Shown in pieces: positions 9,345-17,664 of a DNA stretch of 64,000 nucleotides (position 1 is the stretch's first letter; each line of letters begins with the position of its first letter). The DNA comes from a virus (Duplodnaviria > Caudoviricetes). Position numbers and translations under genes: made by a program. The notes below the pieces were generated by a model. It was not told the DNA's origin. It saw only the letters and a program-made list of their open reading frames with translations, and searched no databases. The stretch is from IMG/VR virus record IMGVR_UViG_3300035491_000281, one strand, 5' to 3'.

Positions 9345-10967
9345 CTAGCTGTGCTTCAGGCTGACCATCGTAAAAAAAGTGGTCAGGACGTCCAGGGGCA
9401 CCAAGTGGTTGAAGCGTTCATGGAACTTCTTCGCCGCCGGCGAGTGGCACGCCGGGCAGTTGAAGGACGGGATTGCCACCATGCTGATTAGGCTGTCGTC
9501 CATGAAGCGGTCAACTTCCTCGAAGAACCGCTTCTCGAATTCGTCCGTCGAGAACACGTGGCTCAGCGCCTCGTTGATCACTTCGAGCTCATCCGACAGC
9601 AGGCTTTCTTCCCCGTTCTCATCACGTTCCCAGATATCGGCAATCCAGTGCGCGTACTGCCGCGCGGTGGTTGCCATCCCCAGCTGGGTGATGTAGTTAT
9701 TGCGGTTCTCGCCATGCGGTGGTTCGTTGAACGCCCCTTGGGTCATGTCGATGATACCGCCGATCCAGGCACGCCCTGCTTCCTCGTACTCCTGCACCGT
9801 AGGTACTTTCAGCGTCAAGCCGATGTCATCGAACCAGACCAGGCGCTTGTTGCCACGGGTGTGTTCAGCCAGATAGAGCTTATGCTCTTCGTCGCTGAGA
9901 CGTTGGAAGCGCTTAGCCATCAGCTTGCGCTGAGTTTGGCTGAGCGAAACAGAGTCAGTCCAGAACAGGCGGTTGAGGTTGAGGGTTTCCTTGGTGATGT
10001 GCTGGCAGTTATCCGGATCGGCCACGCAGGGGTGTGCGTAGGGATAGCCTTTCGGGAACAGGGTTACCGCCAGACCCCACAGTAGCACCGGCGCATCCAG
10101 CAAACTGATCTTTTCCTTGAGGTCACTCGGCGTGCTGTAATGAATGTTGGCATCGATCACGTACTGCAGTGTGAAATCCACCACCAGCGACGTCAGCGCC
10201 TGCGCTGTGTTGGAGAACGCCAGCCCTTTGGAGTCCGAGCCCAGCGAAACCCGCAGTTGAGCCAGCTGATAACGCAGGCTCGACAATGCTGCCAACGTCG
10301 GGGTCTTCAAACGAACCCAGACACCACTGTGGTACAGCGGGACGTCGAACGCGGTACCCACCCCAGTCCGGCGCGAGATATAAGTCAACATCTCGCTGGC
10401 GTTATGTTTACCACCCCCAACCTTCTGCTTCGGGATGCCGGCGCGCAACCCGATACCTTCATGTTCGAGCACCTGACGCCAGTCGCTGCCGTCGCGGGCG
10501 AGGCTGTCCTCACCCATCAGGTTAACCTGGGCATGCGGTAGTGCAGACATGACCGTGCGGAACCATGCGCTGCCCTCGTCCTCCGAAGGCCCACGCCCCA
10601 CGGCACGGAGTTTCTTCGCCAGCTGTTCCTCGCGCTTATTGATGTTCTCCAACAGATCGTTGGAGCGTTCCAGCACCGCCCCCACGGTGCTGTACGCTTC
10701 ACGCAGAATCGCAACCATCTCACCCAGCTCGGCTTCCTTGGTGAGTGGGGACGTAGTGGGTAGCTCTTCTTTAAAATTCACAGCGCGCTGTTCCGGAATG
10801 TAGATCTCCGGTACCGCTTCGTCGTCCGCAGTCTCGGGAGATTCTACCGGGGTATGGTTTCCTGGAGCCTCGGTTTCGATGACCGGATCGACCTGGTTCA
10901 ACGGCACTGTGGTATCCGCAGTGTTGATCGCCGTTTCGCTTTGAGTTTGATTATCCTGCATTTCCAT
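9345..10967 (-). CDS. Conserved phiKZ-like protein, possible baseplate hub assembly protein (T4 gp26-like) with acidic N-terminal extension
   Basis: HPCVADPDNC and FNCPAC Cys motifs; start ATG 10967 preceded by AAGGA. Confidence 0.55.
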   Translation of the reverse strand: MEMQDNQTQSETAINTADTTVPLNQVDPVIETEAPGNHTPVESPETADDEAVPEIYIPEQRAVNFKEELPTTSPLTKEAELGEMVAILREAYSTVGAVLERSNDLLENINKREEQLAKKLRAVGRGPSEDEGSAWFRTVMSALPHAQVNLMGEDSLARDGSDWRQVLEHEGIGLRAGIPKQKVGGGKHNASEMLTYISRRTGVGTAFDVPLYHSGVWVRLKTPTLAALSSLRYQLAQLRVSLGSDSKGLAFSNTAQALTSLVVDFTLQYVIDANIHYSTPSDLKEKISLLDAPVLLWGLAVTLFPKGYPYAHPCVADPDNCQHITKETLNLNRLFWTDSVSLSQTQRKLMAKRFQRLSDEEHKLYLAEHTRGNKRLVWFDDIGLTLKVPTVQEYEEAGRAWIGGIIDMTQGAFNEPPHGENRNNYITQLGMATTARQYAHWIADIWERDENGEESLLSDELEVINEALSHVFSTDEFEKRFFEEVDRFMDDSLISMVAIPSFNCPACHSPAAKKFHERFNHLVPLDVLTTFFTMVSLKHS

Positions 10968-10977
10968 TCTTAAATCC

Positions 10978-11532
10978 TTAAGCGACTGCTTCCAGGGACA
11001 GCATGTCACCATGCTCGGCTTTGATGACGTCGATCAGCGTGAAGATCAGCGGGGCGATCACCGATTCGAAATAGGAGATCAGGTTGCTGTAGTTTTGGCT
11101 GATCGCGAAAATGGTCGGCCAGTCAGCTTCGGTCGGCGTGCCGGTTTTACCTTGGTGCTGGGCTTGAATTCCGTCGAGCTGCAGCTTGAACGCCTGGATG
11201 TCGTTGAGCAGCGTGCTGAAGCTGCGCTGGAAGCCGTCCGGGTCATTCAGCTTTTCTTTCAGGACCGACATCTGCGCCAGTACCGGGACAGTGAATCCGC
11301 GGGTATGGAGCAGCTTGTTAGCGCACTCCAGGTAAAGGGAGTTGAGAATATCCCAGCTCTGCTCGGATTTCAGCAGATGATCGGCCACAGCGGCTTGAAC
11401 CTCTTCGACGTTGTCTTTGTTGATATCGAGTGATACTTCTTCCATCGCTACGTTTTCACCAGCGATGTTCTCGTGAACGGAAACCGCCAGCGGCGAGGGG
11501 TTCAGGTTGGTAGTGTTCTTTTCGGCAGACAT
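10978..11532 (-). CDS. Hypothetical alpha-helical protein
   Basis: 184-aa ORF with GGAG SD, co-oriented with neighbours. Confidence 0.75.
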   Translation of the reverse strand: MSAEKNTTNLNPSPLAVSVHENIAGENVAMEEVSLDINKDNVEEVQAAVADHLLKSEQSWDILNSLYLECANKLLHTRGFTVPVLAQMSVLKEKLNDPDGFQRSFSTLLNDIQAFKLQLDGIQAQHQGKTGTPTEADWPTIFAISQNYSNLISYFESVIAPLIFTLIDVIKAEHGDMLSLEAVA

Positions 11533-11685
11533 TGGTTTCTAGCTCCGGGTAGTGCAGGCAAGTCGTGTTTGGGTGTTAGCGGCGAACCATCATATATTAC
11601 CTTATTAGCGTAGTTTCATGTTTACTAACCATTACAGTTCGACGTAACGGTATGTCAACAGTACTTTATGCCCTTGGGAGCTGTC

Positions 11686-12525
11686 ATGAACGAAGAATTG
11701 CAATTGGCCTTGGCGGGCGTGGTCAGTCCGGAGCGACTGGAGGTGATTTTGCAGGGACAGCGCCTAATCAACGACCTGGGTCTGACGACCGCGGATGATG
11801 AGCTGCAGCAGATCTTTGGTCTGCAGGATGGCATCTCCGATAATCAGCTGTTTGTATCACGAATCGAAGACTGCCTGTTGCTGGCTGTGGGTGACAGCTT
11901 GCGTCAGTACGGCATCACCGTCGCCGAGCATACCCCCTTCGCGATGATGGTGGGGATTCTGCACGCAGTCAGTCAGTTCGAATACTACATTCTGCCGGAA
12001 ACTCTGCTCGATCTTACCAGTGGTACTGACGACAGCGAAGTATTGCTGGCCGGCTTGGTGCCGTTGTTCAGCGAGCTGCAGCGAGAGGAGGTACTGGAGT
12101 ATTTGACTGCGGTCGAAGCATCCACTATTGCTCGCATTCGTCAGATTGCCAGTGACCACTTGGCCCTGCGTGAAGTCACCGTCACCCGCCCCGATGACTA
12201 TCATCAGCGCATCCGGATTCTGAACGGCATGCTGCGCCGCAGCCTGAATGCCCACCCGCAGGTAGTATTGCAGTTGGCCAAAAACGGTATCCATGCCGGG
12301 TTGCCGGTTGGTGAATTGCTGGAGCAGGCGTTGGATGACCTCGACGCGCTCAAGCTCGAAGCTGCCGCGCGCGAGATCGTCGCCTTGGTCTACTTCAGCG
12401 ATACACCCCTGGACGATATCTGGCACACTACGGTTGAAACCATCCGCGACTACGTCGATGAGTACCGTGACCAGGTCCGTATGGAAGCGGCGGCAGAAGA
12501 CTTCTATCAGAGTGTGAAGGAATAA
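11686..12525 (+). CDS. Conserved phiKZ-like protein (gp79-like position)
   Basis: GGGAG SD before ATG 11686; directly upstream of the virion RNAP subunit. Confidence 0.7.
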   Translation: MNEELQLALAGVVSPERLEVILQGQRLINDLGLTTADDELQQIFGLQDGISDNQLFVSRIEDCLLLAVGDSLRQYGITVAEHTPFAMMVGILHAVSQFEYYILPETLLDLTSGTDDSEVLLAGLVPLFSELQREEVLEYLTAVEASTIARIRQIASDHLALREVTVTRPDDYHQRIRILNGMLRRSLNAHPQVVLQLAKNGIHAGLPVGELLEQALDDLDALKLEAAAREIVALVYFSDTPLDDIWHTTVETIRDYVDEYRDQVRMEAAAEDFYQSVKE

Positions 12526-12529
12526 CCCC

Positions 12530-13858
12530 ATGGAAAAACGTGAGTTTTTCATCAAGGCCCTCCAGGCCGGAGCGTGTAAAAAACGCTCCTGGGTCAACAG
12601 CGTGTTCGGGATTGTAGAAGAAACTCCCGAGGCGTACCATGCCGACCTGTACCCGTACCGAGTGGTGCGCGTACCGGATTCGGATCGGGTCCATTACCTC
12701 GACCCCGACGACCTATCCCTGCAGGTGATTGACGACAGTGATGCGAGTCAGCCGCTGTGTGCGTTTCGCGAGCCGCTAACCATCCACCCGGGTGAGGTGG
12801 CTAACTACACCAAACCCGAGCCGTTGGTGACCAGCTACGGCAATGCCTTGGTCAACACCATTGTACTGGTGTTGCCGTTCGGCGCGGCCATCGAATACCA
12901 GACCGGACATATCCAGATTGGTAAGATTGAAAAGCGCATCCTGGACATGCTGATTGACGATCCGATCGATGACGACGGCGTCTCTCCGCCACCGGCGGGT
13001 AAGGTGTATGTGCGCCAATACTTGACTTTCTGCGATAACGCGCTGTCTATGGTAGCGTACGCCTCCCTGGCCGTGACCTCAGTGTCCTACAAGGCCATGA
13101 TGGGTCATCCGGATGCCCGTAAGGTTCGGGCTGAGCAGGTGGAGAAATACAAGGATAAGCTGGCCGACCCCGCCATTGTCGCCCGCATCGGCCAGGTGCT
13201 GGAGGACCTTGATCGCGATTGGCTCAAGGGTGATCCAGCGGCTGATTTCTACGCGGTTAAGGCCAACAAGTATTACGGGGATGTGCGTAAGCGCCTGTAC
13301 TACATGTTCGGTGGCGAGTCGCCGTTCCAAGACGGCACCAGCGTGGAGTTCATCCAGAAGTCACTGGAGGAAGGGATCGACACCGACCACATGCCGGCGA
13401 TGATCAACTCGATCCGTTCGGGTTCCTACAGTCGGGGTAGTCAGACTCAGATGGGGGGCGAGCAGACCAAGACCATCTACCGCATGCTGGGCACGGTACG
13501 CATCGCCGAAGATGACTGCGGCACGACGCTTGGGATTCCTACCGATATTACGGCCGCAAATAAAGGACAGTACCTTGGCTACTGGGTTATCGCTAACGGT
13601 AAGAGCGTACTGCTCGATGAGCATAACGTCGACTCCTTCGTTGGCAAGTTTCCGCAGCTACGCGGGCCGTTGACGTGCAAAACCGAAGGCAAGAACGTCT
13701 GCAGTCGCTGTGTGGGTATGGCCCTATCGGAACAACCCAACGGGATTCCGGCAGCGGCGGCAGGTCTGGGGGGTCGCTTCCTGACCCTCTTCCTCAAGAA
13801 AATGCATGCCAGCTCGCTCAGCACCGCCAAGTGGGATATGGCTAAGCGCCTGACCTAA
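12530..13858 (+). CDS. Virion RNA polymerase beta' subunit, C-terminal half (phiKZ gp80-like)
   Basis: GSYSRGSQTQMGGEQTK, EDDCGT, PLTCKT...VCSRCVG, KKMH motifs. Confidence 0.9.
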   Translation: MEKREFFIKALQAGACKKRSWVNSVFGIVEETPEAYHADLYPYRVVRVPDSDRVHYLDPDDLSLQVIDDSDASQPLCAFREPLTIHPGEVANYTKPEPLVTSYGNALVNTIVLVLPFGAAIEYQTGHIQIGKIEKRILDMLIDDPIDDDGVSPPPAGKVYVRQYLTFCDNALSMVAYASLAVTSVSYKAMMGHPDARKVRAEQVEKYKDKLADPAIVARIGQVLEDLDRDWLKGDPAADFYAVKANKYYGDVRKRLYYMFGGESPFQDGTSVEFIQKSLEEGIDTDHMPAMINSIRSGSYSRGSQTQMGGEQTKTIYRMLGTVRIAEDDCGTTLGIPTDITAANKGQYLGYWVIANGKSVLLDEHNVDSFVGKFPQLRGPLTCKTEGKNVCSRCVGMALSEQPNGIPAAAAGLGGRFLTLFLKKMHASSLSTAKWDMAKRLT

Positions 13859-13941
13859 GCGTCTTATTTATTGAATACCGAAGGGGTCTGCGGACCCCGC
13901 CGTTTCGGACCACCGCCCCAGACTCCACAGGAGCCTCTCTC

Positions 13942-15114
13942 ATGAGCGAACAAAACGAAACCATCCAACCCTCCGACGAAACCCTGAACGAGGCGCCAGC
14001 GCCCGAACAGAACGGTTCTGAGGAGGTAGTTGAGCCTTCCACCGACGTATCCGCGAGCGAAGCGGTCGATGCAACCGCAGAACAGGTGTCTCTGCGTGCA
14101 GTGCACCAACTGCCGGACGACTGGACCGACGCCGATATCGACCAGTGGGCGAAACTGCAATCGGCTGACGCACCGGTGCGGACCGAAGCTGGCCTGCTGG
14201 TGGTTGACCCGACCCGTAACCGTCGTGCGCTGCGTGACTGGTCCACCGCCGAACTGCTGGCAACCCTGAAGGGCGAGCTGGTCGGGGTCGCGGATCGTCT
14301 ACTCGGTCCGATCGTCAAGGAATACGGTCGTCGCGAGAAACTCGAAGCCGCCTGGTCGGAACAGCAGGTTTTGGCATTCTTCCGTGAGGGTGTGGAACCG
14401 GCCAAGACCACCAATGGGGTCTGGGTCCAGGACATCACCCGCGCTAACCGTCAGGCCAACGAATGGTCCGACGCCGAACTGCACGCTTGGGCGCTGGGTG
14501 AGATCAAGGCCATTGGCAAGACCACCGACATGAAGCTGGCCCGCGAACTCACGGCCCGGTTCAAACTGGCGGGCGCGGACAACGTCGAGGTCATCCTCAA
14601 ACAGTACCAGCACAAACAATCCACCCTCGCCACCCCCGCGGAAGCACCTGTTGCTGCCGAGGCGCCCGTGGCCGAACCCGAGGTAGGGGCACTTACACCC
14701 ATGAACGTCAGCTTTATCGACAACACCCTGGCTCGTTATGCCGAACAAGTCATGCCCGGCAAACCGACCTCCGAAGAAACCGGCGCCGCAGCGCAACGTG
14801 CCCTCGACAACGTGTTCCAGTACGTCCTGCGCCTGGAAGGTCAAGCCCTGCTCGACGGCCTGCAGCGCATCAAGGCGTTCGTGGCGAAGCACCGCTCCAC
14901 GCTGTTTGCTCCGAGCTATGCCTACCGTTTCACCCACCTGATCAAGGGCGACCGCAAGACTCAACAGAAGCACGTACACTTCATCGAGCTGTTCGTGATC
15001 GTCACTGATTCCAACAAGGCGGTACGCAAGCAGGTGGACATTCGTCACCTGCTGGCCGGTCACAAGCCGGAGCAGATCGACGCGTTGGTGGATTACTTCA
15101 CCAACTACGCCTGA
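13942..15114 (+). CDS. Hypothetical protein with internal W(S/T)xA(E/D) repeats
   Basis: AGGAG SD; 390 aa; four Trp-initiated helical motifs. Confidence 0.75.
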   Translation: MSEQNETIQPSDETLNEAPAPEQNGSEEVVEPSTDVSASEAVDATAEQVSLRAVHQLPDDWTDADIDQWAKLQSADAPVRTEAGLLVVDPTRNRRALRDWSTAELLATLKGELVGVADRLLGPIVKEYGRREKLEAAWSEQQVLAFFREGVEPAKTTNGVWVQDITRANRQANEWSDAELHAWALGEIKAIGKTTDMKLARELTARFKLAGADNVEVILKQYQHKQSTLATPAEAPVAAEAPVAEPEVGALTPMNVSFIDNTLARYAEQVMPGKPTSEETGAAAQRALDNVFQYVLRLEGQALLDGLQRIKAFVAKHRSTLFAPSYAYRFTHLIKGDRKTQQKHVHFIELFVIVTDSNKAVRKQVDIRHLLAGHKPEQIDALVDYFTNYA

Positions 15115-15127
15115 TGCCACACCCGCT

Positions 15128-15151
15128 GGGGGAACTTCGGTTCCCCCTTTT
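15128..15151 (+). terminator. Intrinsic terminator
   Basis: GGGGGAAC-TTCG-GTTCCCCC plus T4. Confidence 0.75.
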
Positions 15152-15178
15152 ATCCCGACCCCACTAGGATTTTTGGTC

Positions 15179-16234
15179 ATGTCTAACGCAGCTGCTCTGC
15201 TTAAGAAAAACTTTCCCCTCGGCACCACCGAGGCACTCCCCAGCTTGGAGGCCCTGCTAACCCTCACCGCCGCCGAAGTCTCCAACGAAGAGTTCGAAGG
15301 TATCCTGGGGGGTGTTGGTAACCTCTTCGGTGACCTGTTCCGCAACATCGCCCAAGGTCGCCGCCCCAACGTCAAGAAGATCGCCAAGGACCGCCTGCTG
15401 TCATCGCTGCGTCTGGCCGCTAACTCCTACTACGGCAACCGCGCCTGGTTGGAAAAGCGTCGCATCATCACCGGCGATATCAAAGCGGCCGGCATCGCCG
15501 AGTTCCTCAGCATCGATGGGGTGGTTACCACCGACCCCGATCGCATCCGCATGGTGGCTGACAGCGTCGCTCCGTTTACGAATGATTACCTGGCCGAAAT
15601 TGAACGTTGGAAAAAAGCAGTGATGCCGATCTCCAACCGCCTGCGTAACGAGCGTCTGACGCGCGATACGCTTGCCGATATTCTGCCGCAGCTACAGTCG
15701 ATCCCGCACGCTGACATGATGTTCAACAACAAGCTGGAGCGTACGTTCAAGTACGAACTGGGTAAGCGCCTGATCCAGGACGGCGAACCCACCGCGCCCC
15801 AGAAGAACCCGGTGAAGTACATCCGCGCTCTGACCGTGGATGAGATCATCGACGTCTCCAACGTGATCGTCATGCTCATGAACCGCATCGCTGAGAACAT
15901 CGAAGCCGTGGATGACAAGGTCCGCGACCCGGCCCTGTGCTTTACTGCCAATGAAGGCTGGCACGGTTGGAAAGATATCGAAGATCAGGTTTACGGTAAA
16001 TTCAAGATCTTCAAGTACGCTCCCAACGACTTGGGGCGGGACGTAAACCCCTGGTTGCGTTTGGCATACAAGGGCGTCCGGGCGGCGGTGGTTAATACCA
16101 AGCTGGCGGAGAGCTGGAGCGACGTAACCGAAGTCTTCAGTGGCGCGCACTACTACGGCCTGGAAAACATCAACAGCGTTATGTACGACACCGCTCTGGC
16201 GCTGGCCCGTTACATCGATCGCTCGATTCGTTAA
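15179..16234 (+). CDS. Putative internal head/virion structural protein
   Basis: N-terminal propeptide-like segment ending VSNE|EF, followed by the amphipathic GxLFGDLF pattern seen in phiKZ-like head proteins. Confidence 0.6.
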   Translation: MSNAAALLKKNFPLGTTEALPSLEALLTLTAAEVSNEEFEGILGGVGNLFGDLFRNIAQGRRPNVKKIAKDRLLSSLRLAANSYYGNRAWLEKRRIITGDIKAAGIAEFLSIDGVVTTDPDRIRMVADSVAPFTNDYLAEIERWKKAVMPISNRLRNERLTRDTLADILPQLQSIPHADMMFNNKLERTFKYELGKRLIQDGEPTAPQKNPVKYIRALTVDEIIDVSNVIVMLMNRIAENIEAVDDKVRDPALCFTANEGWHGWKDIEDQVYGKFKIFKYAPNDLGRDVNPWLRLAYKGVRAAVVNTKLAESWSDVTEVFSGAHYYGLENINSVMYDTALALARYIDRSIR

Positions 16235-16347
16235 CTGTTTCTGCGGTAATACTATAGTCAGATTGCCGGCCGCTCACCGGCACCTGGCGGCTCGGTGTTA
16301 CTGCCGAAGTGCTCTTTACGGTTCATTCGTTAACTTTGCTCCTTGTG

Positions 16348-16375
16348 CCCTCCCTTCGGGGAGGGTTTTTTTTTT
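16348..16375 (+). terminator. Intrinsic terminator
   Basis: CCCTCCC-TTCG-GGGAGGG plus T10. Confidence 0.85.
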
Positions 16376-16426
16376 GTCAAGTCCCGACGGCATAAACCCT
16401 CCCCAACTGGGGAGGGCTTTATAACG

Positions 16427-16816
16427 CTACACCCGGGTAAGTTCCTGATGGTGACGGGCCCGGTCGTAGACCCAGGCTTTTTGTTCGTCCGTCAACTGCA
16501 GGTAACCGGTTTCGTGAGAGACTGTGGCGTAGAAACAGACCTTGTTGATCTTGGCGTTGATGCGACCCCGAATCTCGGGTTCTGGGGTTTGGAAGGGGAA
16601 CAGGTGGTCCCCCGCCAATAGAGTCGTAAACTCCGGCTGGTCACTGAGCATCCGCGCCACCCCCGCTAGGTCGGCCAACTCGTGTTGGAGGGCCACTGCC
16701 GCCGGCTCGCCATGAAAGTAACTGTCGCAGCCGAATTGGGCTTCCTTCAACGCCTCTTTCGCGACCTCGTTGGCTTCCTCGGCGAGTTTGATGAGTAGGT
16801 ATTGCAGAAGGTTCAT
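16427..16816 (-). CDS. MazG-like (all-alpha NTP pyrophosphohydrolase) protein
   Basis: KLAEEANEVAKEALK...ELADLAGV fits the EExxE...ExxD motif; ATGA overlap with the upstream gene. Confidence 0.7.
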   Translation of the reverse strand: MNLLQYLLIKLAEEANEVAKEALKEAQFGCDSYFHGEPAAVALQHELADLAGVARMLSDQPEFTTLLAGDHLFPFQTPEPEIRGRINAKINKVCFYATVSHETGYLQLTDEQKAWVYDRARHHQELTRV

Positions 16817-17283
16817 TGGGGGATTGCTCCTTTCATTTCCAGTACCCGCTTACCCAAGGCGTCGTTCTCGATCGACAAACAGTACTCGGTTTCGTTCACC
16901 ACCATGAGCGCGCTACCGTGGACGCTGTCCCACGCCAGCAGCATAGTCCCGTTCGGGTTTTCGTCGGTGGTTACATTCTTTTGGTTCAGGTTGTAACTTG
17001 CCATCAGAGCCGCTGCATTTGCGCGGATGCGTTGGCGACGTGGGCTGTCTTTTTCCTGCCCATCCAACCAAGCGTGGTACAACGCTTCGAACTCGGGGTG
17101 TTCCCAGTACAGATTGCAGAACAGGTTTTTCTTGACCCAACCGTCTACCGGGGTGGGACTACGTACAGTCCTCAAGAACTCGTCTTCCACCCGACTGAAC
17201 AGCTCGTATTCAGGTGTGTCGACCGGCGGGCGCGTCAGCGTCGCCCGCACGTAAACGTTCTTTTGTGGGATTTGCGACAGCAT
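16813..17283 (-). CDS. Hypothetical protein
   Basis: ATG abuts the upstream TGA; operon-like packing. Confidence 0.7.
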   Translation of the reverse strand: MLSQIPQKNVYVRATLTRPPVDTPEYELFSRVEDEFLRTVRSPTPVDGWVKKNLFCNLYWEHPEFEALYHAWLDGQEKDSPRRQRIRANAAALMASYNLNQKNVTTDENPNGTMLLAWDSVHGSALMVVNETEYCLSIENDALGKRVLEMKGAIPQ

Positions 17284-17664
17284 TCAGTAAATTCCCTCGT
17301 TCAGTAATTCGGCTAACGCCCGGGCCTGCGACACCGGCCCACTGGCAAACATATCAGACAACACGCCATCAAACTCCAGCGCCCGCTCCGCTAACTCCCG
17401 CATGAGGCTTGGATTCTCTCCGGCCCACTCACGCCAGAGGGCTTTGTATGCAACATAAAGGTCTACCGACGCATCACGCGCCGGCTTCCCTTTTCCTTCC
17501 CGCCACGAGTCTTGACCGAGGACCCCCCAACCCTTAACTCGCAGTTGGTAGTGTTCCTCGATCGAGTACCCGTCCGAGAGTTTAGCCACTAAAGCCGAGA
17601 ATCGCCGATCGCCCTTGGTAGAGCATTCGTAGCCTCCGCGTCGTTGGAAGCGGTAGCTGGCTTT
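17284..17664 (-). CDS. NADAR-like (YbiA/T4 gp30.3-like) domain; frame open 17679-17284, reached by a -1 frameshift from the polymerase gene or by a truncated GTG start at 17589
   Basis: -1 frame reads KASYRFQRRGGYECSTKGDRRFSALVAKLSDGYSIEEHYQLRVKG; SIEEHYQ..K resembles the NADAR SxEHxYQAxK motif; no ATG/GTG/TTG between TGA 17682-17680 and GTG 17589. Confidence 0.5.
   Translation of the reverse strand, partial: KASYRFQRRGGYECSTKGDRRFSALVAKLSDGYSIEEHYQLRVKGWGVLGQDSWREGKGKPARDASVDLYVAYKALWREWAGENPSLMRELAERALEFDGVLSDMFASGPVSQARALAELLNEGIY

Noticed and set aside
17582-17626. 14-aa ORF MLYQGRSAILGFSG with a GGAGG SD as a stand-alone gene
   Set aside because: Too short and in a third frame over two overlapping coding frames; the GGAGG is explained by Gly-Gly codons; kept only as an alternative coupling model
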